From Thermofilum adornatum (GTDB lineage: Archaea > Thermoproteota > Thermoprotei > Thermofilales > Thermofilaceae), in NCBI RefSeq assembly GCF_000446015.1, contig NC_022093.1:1444806-1476805 (forward strand): 32,000 nt of DNA. Reading direction: 5' to 3'. A model generated the notes under the pieces. The model searched no databases, was not told where the DNA came from, and worked only from the letters and a program-made list of their open reading frames with translations. This document shows positions 7,478-13,623 of this stretch, piece by piece. The position numbers were made by a program, and so were the translations under genes. Each line of letters begins with the position of its first letter. Position 1 is the stretch's first letter.

Positions 7478-8713
7478 ATGGGTTTCCTTAGAGAGATAAC
7501 TGAGGAGTACCTGGGGGCGCTTAGGTATGTGAAGGAGGTTCCGAGGGACGTGGAGCTTCCCGTTGGTAGGGATATTGTTGCGCTTGTTGGGCCGAGGAGG
7601 GCTGGAAAGACGTTTTTGATGTTGAGGCATGCTAAGGACTTGCTGGACTCTGGGAAGCAGGCCCTCTACGTTTCGTTTGACGAGTTTCAGTTTCGAGGGA
7701 TTGATGCTAGGAAGCTTGCCGAGATGGCTAGAGAGGAGTATCCTAGTGGCGAGGTCTACTTGTTTCTTGACGAGGTTCAGGAGTGGGAGGGCTGGGACAG
7801 CAAGCTTCGCTGGCTACATGACGTGAAGGATTTCTTTTTGTATGTTACTGGGTCTTCGTCTGTTCTTCAGTCTTCTGAGATTCCGAGCAGGCTTAGGGGG
7901 CGTTATGTTTCTGTTCTTCTTCTCCCTTTTTCGTTTCGGGAGGTTTCTCGACAGGAGAAAGTTGACGTTGTAACTTTTAGGGAGAGGGGTGCTATTAGGG
8001 CACTGCTCAACGATTACATGACGTGGGGAGGCTTTCCTGAGGTTTGGATTTATAGGAGTAGGGAGAAGCTTGTCTCCCTGCTGGAGACGATGTTCTATAG
8101 GGATGTGATGGAGAGGCATAGGGTAAGGGATACCGCTGTTTTCTTGGAGGTTGCACGTCTCGTTATCTCTAGCTATTCGTGTCCTGTGACGTGGCACTCG
8201 ATTCGCAGGGCTTTGAAGTCTTCCGGGGTCAATATTGATGTGAAGACTGTTATGAGCTATGTGGAGTACATGAGGCAGGCCTACCTGGTTTTTCTCGTCA
8301 AGAGGTTCACGTATTCTGATAGGGAGGCCTTGGCGGCGCCTAAAAAGATATACCTCGTGGATCCGGGCATAGCCACGCTCCTAGAGAAGCCAATGGACAA
8401 GGGTAGGAGGGCTGAGAACCTTGTCTTCCTGGAGCTCGTGAGGAGGGGATACGAGCCGTACTACTATGTAACGAGGAGCGGCAAGGAGGTTGACTTCGTA
8501 ACGAAAAAGGAAAAAATGATTGTCGAGGTTGCTCTAGAGGACTGGGAGAAACATGTCGGAAAGGTTGCTGAAGCCGCGAGGGAGCTGGGGGTCAACGAGG
8601 CCACGATAATTACATGGGATGCAGAGGGAGAAGAAAAGGTTGGGAACCGCAGGGTAACAATAGTTCCTCTATGGAAGTGGTTGCTCCAAGAAACAACAAA
8701 AAACAAACCATAG
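7478..8713 (+). CDS. AAA ATPase of the AAA_14/DUF4143 type
   Basis: Walker A is GPRRAGKTF and Walker B is LFLDEVQ. The C-terminal ENLVFLELVRRGYEPYYYVTRSGKEVDFV...IVEVA resembles the nuclease-like tail of this family. Confidence 0.85.
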   Translation: MGFLREITEEYLGALRYVKEVPRDVELPVGRDIVALVGPRRAGKTFLMLRHAKDLLDSGKQALYVSFDEFQFRGIDARKLAEMAREEYPSGEVYLFLDEVQEWEGWDSKLRWLHDVKDFFLYVTGSSSVLQSSEIPSRLRGRYVSVLLLPFSFREVSRQEKVDVVTFRERGAIRALLNDYMTWGGFPEVWIYRSREKLVSLLETMFYRDVMERHRVRDTAVFLEVARLVISSYSCPVTWHSIRRALKSSGVNIDVKTVMSYVEYMRQAYLVFLVKRFTYSDREALAAPKKIYLVDPGIATLLEKPMDKGRRAENLVFLELVRRGYEPYYYVTRSGKEVDFVTKKEKMIVEVALEDWEKHVGKVAEAARELGVNEATIITWDAEGEEKVGNRRVTIVPLWKWLLQETTKNKP

Positions 8714-8827
8714 TTCACAGAACGGTTCTCATTATAGCGCGCGGTTTTGTACGTGTTTGACACACTAGCATGTAAGTACTGTGAAACTCTTGGATAATAC
8801 TAGGTCGACAAGCTTTATAACGAAAGG

Positions 8828-9325
8828 GTGGTGGTATTGGAGCTGGAGCTTGTTTTGTCCAGGGAGATTAAGAAAAAGCTTGGGGAAGTGTCTGTGAAGA
8901 TGGAGATCAGTATTGAGGGGCTCGCCTTGGATGCATTCAAGGGAATGAATGAAGGGATGGATCCTGCCGAGAGGGCAGAACTATATTTAAGGCTCTCTGA
9001 GAAGTATCTCAAGGACGGAGAGGAGCTGTTAGCTAAGGGGGACTGTGTTCAGGCTTCTGAGAAGCTTTGGGGCTCGGCGGCGCTTATGGTTAAGGCTCTT
9101 GCGGCTAGTAGGAGTGTCTCGGTCTCTTCTCATGGCGAGCTATTTAGCTATGTTAGGAGGCTGGGCGAAGAGCTGGGGAGCCCCGAGCTCAGGAGGCTCT
9201 TCTCTGTGGCTAGCACGTTGCACCAGAATTTCTATGAGAATTGGCTGAGTGGGGACGTTGTAAGAGAGTACGCGGAGGACGTGAAGCAGTTAGTTTGGGA
9301 GCTCAAGAAGCTGGTAAGATTCTAG
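8828..9325 (+). CDS. RHH-like + PaREP1 protein (copy 5)
   Basis: LYLRLSEKYLKDGEELLAKGDCVQASEKLWGSAALMVKALA...LHQNFYENW. The CTTTATAA box at 8813-8820 is only 8 nt from the ORF start, so the real start may be the TTG at 8855. Confidence 0.75.
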   Translation: MVVLELELVLSREIKKKLGEVSVKMEISIEGLALDAFKGMNEGMDPAERAELYLRLSEKYLKDGEELLAKGDCVQASEKLWGSAALMVKALAASRSVSVSSHGELFSYVRRLGEELGSPELRRLFSVASTLHQNFYENWLSGDVVREYAEDVKQLVWELKKLVRF

Positions 9326-9443
9326 CGCTGTTTATTCCCGCTGGAAGATATTCTTCGAGCAGTCCTTCCCACATGACTTTAAGATAGACTTTACCCAGTC
9401 CCGAAGCGTTTTTTTGATTGCTATGTATTCATTGAGAATGACT

Positions 9444-9683
9444 TTACTCTCTCTTGGCCCAAAACTTTTCCTCTTCTCTATCCAGTTCTTCCTCTGCTTC
9501 TTCGGCACTGCCCTGACAGCACTTCCATACTCTTCCCCAGAGGTCAAATGGCTCCAGCAGGATTTTGCCGTTTTCGACCCTTAGTTCTAGGAGGGTTCCT
9601 TCATCGATGCTAAGCATTTCTCTTATTCTCTTCGGTATAACAATGATACCCCTTTTATGTACCTTGATTATTGCCTTTTCCAT
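9444..9683 (-). CDS. AbrB/SpoVT-type antitoxin, orphan
   Basis: IKVHKRGIIVIPKRIREMLSIDEGTLLELRVENGKILLEP. Only a 37-codon tail with no PIN motifs follows, before the 3' end of PaREP1 copy 5. Confidence 0.75.
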   Translation of the reverse strand: MEKAIIKVHKRGIIVIPKRIREMLSIDEGTLLELRVENGKILLEPFDLWGRVWKCCQGSAEEAEEELDREEEKFWAKRE

Positions 9684-9935
9684 ATTACATCAACTCGTTG
9701 CTGGGGCTGACTTATAGCTTTAACCCTAAGTTGGATATGCGAGTTACTGGAATGGGTTCAAGCGCTGTTTTTAGATCAGAATTAAGTGGCTCAGTTGGGG
9801 ACGAAAAGTAGGACTCCTTCGGGTTTCCCTTCTCTTTACAAAGTTGATTCTAGTGGTCCCTTTTTTTGGGTTTTTCCTAGGTTAAGTTTTTCGTCAGGAG
9901 GTAGTCGTGGTACCTAGGGATTTATTTGTTTGAAG

Positions 9936-9943
9936 CTTTATAA
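9936..9943 (+). promoter_or_regulatory. TATA box of PaREP1 copy 6
   Basis: The CTTTATAA box ends 24 nt before the GTG at 9967. The same AAGCTTTATAA 11-mer also precedes copy 5 (8810-8820). Confidence 0.4.
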
Positions 9944-9966
9944 GTTAGAGTGATATTTCTATAACT

Positions 9967-10471
9967 GTGGAAAATGTAGTTTCGTTGGAGCTGTTTTTGC
10001 CTAAACGTATTGCTGAAAGGCTGAAAAAGGGAGTCCGAGAGGGTGGGAGCGTCAGAGGAGGAGCTTTTAGTTGAGGTTTTGTCGGAGAGGTTTGGTGAGC
10101 ATATCGACCCAGCATCAGAAGTCGAGATGCATTTGAGGTTGTCAGAAAAGGAGCTCATGGAGGCGGAGGAGCTTCTGAGGAAAGGAGACTATTTACAGGC
10201 GTCCGAAAAGGCATGGGGAGCCGCGGCCCAAATGGTTAAAGCCGTGGCGGCAAGGGAGGGGAGAACGATCAGGAGCCACGGTGAACTGCAACGGGAGGTT
10301 GCGAGGATCGTCAAGGAGACGGGAGACGAGGAGCTGAGAAGGCTTTGGCAGTCCGCCGGGATGCTTCACCAGAACTTCTACGAGAACTGGCTTCCACAAG
10401 AAATGGTTGAAGGGAACATTAGGGACGTAAAAAGGTTTATCGAGAAGCTGAGACAGCTTTTGAATTATTAG
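9967..10471 (+). pseudogene. RHH-like + PaREP1 gene (copy 6) with a frameshift in an A-run
   Basis: The frame from GTG 9967 gives ENVVSLELFLPKRIAERLKK and then runs into nonsense. The +1 frame continues RESERVGASEEELLVEVLSERF...LHQNFYENW (track ORF 10043..10471). One extra A in the A5 run at 10024-10028 would restore LKKRESERVGASEEEL, matching copies 2 and 7. Confidence 0.65.
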
Positions 10472-10487
10472 CGCGCGCTCGCGCTAA
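10468..10487. repeat. GC-rich hairpin/palindrome TTAGCGCG-CGCT-CGCGCTAA overlapping the stop of copy 6
   Basis: Perfect 8-bp arms with a 4-nt loop, read directly. It contains the recurrent 8-mer TAGCGCGC. Confidence 0.6.
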
Positions 10488-10550
10488 CTTGATGCTTAAC
10501 ACTTATATTGGGCTCAGCAGGAACATATACTATGGGTTTTTTTCATTGAT

Positions 10551-11018
10551 TTGCCTAGGAGGCTTGAAGAAAGGATAAGGAAGGAGTCTGAGAAGAGGGG
10601 TGTGTCAGAGGATGAGCTTGTTGTGAAGCTCTTGTCAGAGGCTCTTGGGGAGAGTCTTGATCCCGATACAAGTTGTGAGTTGCATTTGAAGCTCTCTGAG
10701 AAATATTTGAGGGAGGCAGAGGAATTCCTGGCTAGGGGTGACTATATGCAGGCATCTGAGAGGGCTTGGGGTGCAGCAGCTCAGATTGTTAAGGCGCTAG
10801 CCGCTAAGGAAGGGAGAGAGCTTAGGAGTCATGGGGAGTTGCATCGGTATGTCTCGAAGCTTAGCAGTGAGATGGATGATAGGGAGATATCGAGGCTCTG
10901 GCTCTCTGCTGTGTCTCTTCACCAGAATTTTTACGAGAATTGGCTTCCCGGGGAAATTGTTGAGGAGGGAGTAGAGAGTCTCAAGGAGTTTGTGGAAAAG
11001 TTGAGGAAGCTTTTGTAA
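10551..11018 (+). CDS. RHH-like + PaREP1 protein (copy 7)
   Basis: RRLEERIRKESEKRGVSEDELVVKLLSEAL, then HLKLSEKYLREAEEFLARGDYMQASERAWGAAAQIVKALA...LHQNFYENW. Confidence 0.8.
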   Translation: MPRRLEERIRKESEKRGVSEDELVVKLLSEALGESLDPDTSCELHLKLSEKYLREAEEFLARGDYMQASERAWGAAAQIVKALAAKEGRELRSHGELHRYVSKLSSEMDDREISRLWLSAVSLHQNFYENWLPGEIVEEGVESLKEFVEKLRKLL

Positions 11019-11092
11019 GTTCTTTGACGTGTTCTCGTGCCTCCGTAGACATTTGAGTCGAGTGCAACACACATGCTTTGAACTTTCTTGGT

Positions 11093-11193
11093 AGCCTTGT
11101 TCGAAAGGAGGAGCCTCTCGAAGATGAAAGGAAGGCTATAGAGTCTGGAGATGAGCTAGTCGGGAGGATGAGATTTTTAGGGTTCTCAGATAA
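11093..11193 (+). pseudogene. 3'-half remnant of a RelB-like gene paralog
   Basis: SLVRKEEPLEDERKAIESGDELVG aligns with SLVDKLVPEEEPLEDEKETIESSDEVVG of 3522..3704. The nucleotide alignment continues to a shared GATAA end but with a frameshift. It is fused in-frame by the ORF caller to the MNT gene. Confidence 0.4.
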
Positions 11194-11275
11194 AGTTTTG
11201 GCGAGTGGTGGGATGCGGGTTGCTCGGTTTAGCAGAAAACATATATGGATCTCCAAATGTAACTTCTTTGGAAAC

Positions 11276-11575
11276 ATGGAGGACATAAAGAAGATTATTG
11301 TCCCAGTATTGCGGCGCTATGGTGTGAGGAGAGCGGCTGTTTTTGGGTCTTTTGCTCGTGGGGAGGCTAGGGAGGATAGCGACTTGGATATTATTGTTGA
11401 ATTTGAGGAGGGTAGGAGCTTGCTGGACTTGGCTGGCTTAAAGGTTGAGCTAGAGGATGTTCTCGGCAGGAGAGTGGACATTGTTACGTATGGTTCCCTG
11501 CACCCACTTCTTAGGGAAAGAGTTCTTAAGGAGGAAAAGAGGATACTATGGGGAAAGACCCGAAAACAACCTTAG
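11276..11575 (+). CDS. minimal nucleotidyltransferase (MNT/MntA-type antitoxin)
   Basis: AAVFGSFARGEAREDSDLDIIVEF is an exact GSx10DxD motif, followed by RVDIVTY. I chose the internal ATG of ORF 11078..11575. Confidence 0.85.
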   Translation: MEDIKKIIVPVLRRYGVRRAAVFGSFARGEAREDSDLDIIVEFEEGRSLLDLAGLKVELEDVLGRRVDIVTYGSLHPLLRERVLKEEKRILWGKTRKQP

Positions 11576-11629
11576 GGACATACTTGAGAAAATTTGAATT
11601 AGAGAAAATACCTAGGGGATCATATTGGC

Positions 11630-11914
11630 ATGATTAAGAAAAAGCTTGTCTTCACTAAACACGCAAGGGAAGCTATCGTTAAAAGGGAGCTTGATGCAGA
11701 GTCAATACTTAATGCTATTCTAGCTCCAGATGAACTCTTCTGGGATAGGCGTTCAGGTTGCATGGTGGCTATTAAGAAAGACGACCTAGCACTTATTGTT
11801 GTTTATGAGGTGACAAATGAAAAATTCAGAGTGGTTACAGCATTTAAATCATCCAAGTTAGTTAAACTTATTAGGAGCAAGCTTAGCAAAGGATTCTGGG
11901 TAAAGATTCAATGA
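11630..11914 (+). CDS. DUF4258-like small protein (putative toxin)
   Basis: LVFTKHAREAIVKRELDAESILNAI matches the T.HA..R...R.I pattern of DUF4258. It is ATGA-coupled to the downstream DUF2283 gene. Confidence 0.55.
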   Translation: MIKKKLVFTKHAREAIVKRELDAESILNAILAPDELFWDRRSGCMVAIKKDDLALIVVYEVTNEKFRVVTAFKSSKLVKLIRSKLSKGFWVKIQ

Positions 11915-12153
11915 GGGTGAGGTACGACAAAAGACACGATATACTTTATATCGATGTCGCCCCGGGCAAGAAGGCACGCGAGACACAGCCATTGAACGAT
12001 GATATCTTTGTGGATCTCGATGAGGAGGGGAACATTGTGGGTATAGAGATTTGGAACGCCTCCGAGAACATTGTAGAGGCGCTTGCGGAGCCACTGATAG
12101 AGAAGGTGAAGAAATCGCTTGAAAAATCTGTCATGGCAGGAAAAGGTTCATAG
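11911..12153 (+). CDS. DUF2283-family small protein (putative antitoxin)
   Basis: MRVRYDKRHDILYIDV...DDIFVDLDEEGNIVGIEIWNAS is the characteristic DUF2283 pattern (YD...D.LYI......v.vD.d..G.ivGIEi..AS). Confidence 0.7.
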   Translation: MRVRYDKRHDILYIDVAPGKKARETQPLNDDIFVDLDEEGNIVGIEIWNASENIVEALAEPLIEKVKKSLEKSVMAGKGS

Positions 12154-12378
12154 TAATATGTGGGGAATTTTTGGTGTAAGTTTCCCGTTGATAGTTCCGT
12201 CGTGAAATTCAGTCTTTTTCGAAATTGAAGGGTACGTAGAGGCCGGTGTATCTATTCTTAGTATAAGAGAAAGAATTAAGGTAAAAAGAGTGATATTTGA
12301 ACGATAACATAAAAATTGGTTTACAAATTCTTTATTAAAATAAAACAATTTTTGCCAGAATAGGATTGAAAGAACGTT

Positions 12379-12404
12379 GAGTAAATATTTAAATATATTT
12401 ACTC
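12379..12404. promoter_or_regulatory. inverted repeat GAGTAAATAT-TTAAAT-ATATTTACTC enclosing a TTTAAATA TATA box
   Basis: Perfect 10-bp arms read directly. The consensus-like archaeal TATA TTTAAATA (12388-12395) sits in the centre. Confidence 0.4.
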
Positions 12405-12576
12405 GTTTATGTTAAACCAAATAGAAAAATAAATTAAGCTGTGATAGTGATGCAGAGAACCAAAAACTCGGCATCCCTGCTTTTAAAGCTTCTTGAAACA
12501 GACACGGTGAGGTTAGAAGCCGCTGAGAAAAAAATTAGAAAAAATATCGCGTAGTCGTTCAGAAAGTGGGGAGAAG

Positions 12577-13017
12577 TTGTCTTCGGGCTTGGGTAGTTGG
12601 AGGGAGGGCCTCGAAGAGCTCATAAAGTTGCTGGAGGACACGTGTAGCAGTATGGGTAGCCTTAATGCTGACAAGCTCTTGGAAATCCTGGGTCTCGTGG
12701 GTAGGTTGGAGAGAATGCTTGAAACGGGGTCTCAGCAGGCTTTGGGGTCTGGCGGCCCTGCTAAAGGAAGCTTGGAGAGTGACGGCTTGCTTTTGATCAG
12801 GGAATACGTCAAGGAGGCTGTCTATAGGTTTTCGGCTGGCGACGACGCTGGGAGTGTTCTGGCCGAGGCTCTGAGTGTCGCAAATGCTTTGCGGGATCTA
12901 GGCGCGCTTGCTGAGAGGGGGGTAGAAATTATACGTCCCAAGGATCTGGTGGTTGTAGGGTATATCGATGGGAAGCCGGTCTACTCGTTTAGGCAGGGAA
13001 ATAGTCCTAATAGATAA
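12577..13017 (+). CDS. hypothetical protein, no recognisable family
   Basis: 146-codon ORF with a TTG start after GTGGGGAG. The N-half looks helical and the C-terminus strand-like. Codon usage resembles its neighbours. Confidence 0.5.
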   Translation: MSSGLGSWREGLEELIKLLEDTCSSMGSLNADKLLEILGLVGRLERMLETGSQQALGSGGPAKGSLESDGLLLIREYVKEAVYRFSAGDDAGSVLAEALSVANALRDLGALAERGVEIIRPKDLVVVGYIDGKPVYSFRQGNSPNR

Positions 13018-13528
13018 GGAGCCCGAGAAGGTTTTCATCGAGAAAACGGGCGATAGGGAGATACACTATTTTTACTGGAGACTTGACCTATACAAGCCCT
13101 TCGACTATGAGCCTGTCACCTTGCTTGACGGCTTTCTGTGTTCCCGTTACCATTGGAAAGGGCTTGTCCTCTGGACCGAGCCAGTTGTTAGGGACAAACC
13201 TTTGATGACTTTTGCCTTGGGGGTTCACACGCCACTTGTATACTCGAGGAAGTGGCAAGTCTTTGTGGTTTATTGCCTTCCAGAGCTTACTCTTAGTGAG
13301 AGTTTCTGGCTTGGCTTTTACTTGACTATATTTAACGCATTACTTAAGGGTATGATAAAGCTCCCAAGCGATAAGGCTTTCCACGGCTACATGGATAAGG
13401 CTGTGGAGGGCAAGGTTCCAGAGGAATACAGGTTCAGGCTTAAGGAGTGGACCTTTCTCATCATTGTGGGGTCTCTACCAGAGAAACTGCCAAGTGCTGT
13501 GTCGGACAGGCTAAGGGAGTGCGGATAG
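12968..13528 (+). CDS. hypothetical protein, no recognisable family; overlaps the previous ORF by 50 nt
   Basis: 186-codon ORF. There is no alternative start codon in frame until about 13120, so either the overlap is real or the two ORFs are one frameshifted gene. Confidence 0.5.
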   Translation: MGSRSTRLGREIVLIDKEPEKVFIEKTGDREIHYFYWRLDLYKPFDYEPVTLLDGFLCSRYHWKGLVLWTEPVVRDKPLMTFALGVHTPLVYSRKWQVFVVYCLPELTLSESFWLGFYLTIFNALLKGMIKLPSDKAFHGYMDKAVEGKVPEEYRFRLKEWTFLIIVGSLPEKLPSAVSDRLRECG

Positions 13529-13623
13529 GCTCTTCTAACGCTGTTTTGTCTAGCTTAAACAGCCTTGTTTGCTGGATGAGATTGGAGTTGGGTATTGTTT
13601 TCTTATGTTGACAAATTGAGGAT

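Noticed and set aside
9332-9547. 71-aa minus-strand ORF overlapping the 3' end of the AbrB gene
   Set aside because: Its first half is an alternative frame of the AbrB gene. Only the last ~37 codons are unique, and they lack PIN acidic motifs (VILNEYIAIKK at best a decayed N-terminus). I treat it as a possible toxin scar, not a gene.
12349-12372. CRISPR array seeded by TTTTGCCAGAATAGGATTGAAAG
   Set aside because: Only one copy exists. The other ATTGAAAG 8-mers (about 468, 21426 and 25921) lack the rest of the repeat and lie in unrelated contexts. It is therefore not an array and is mentioned only as a possible orphan repeat.
12447-12527. GTGATGC ... CTGA as a possible C/D-box sRNA in the AT-rich gap
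   Set aside because: The C box is imperfect, the element spacing (about 76 nt) is long for archaeal sRNAs, and the internal C'/D' boxes are not convincing. The 34-codon ORF interpretation is no better supported, but it is reported as a finding.
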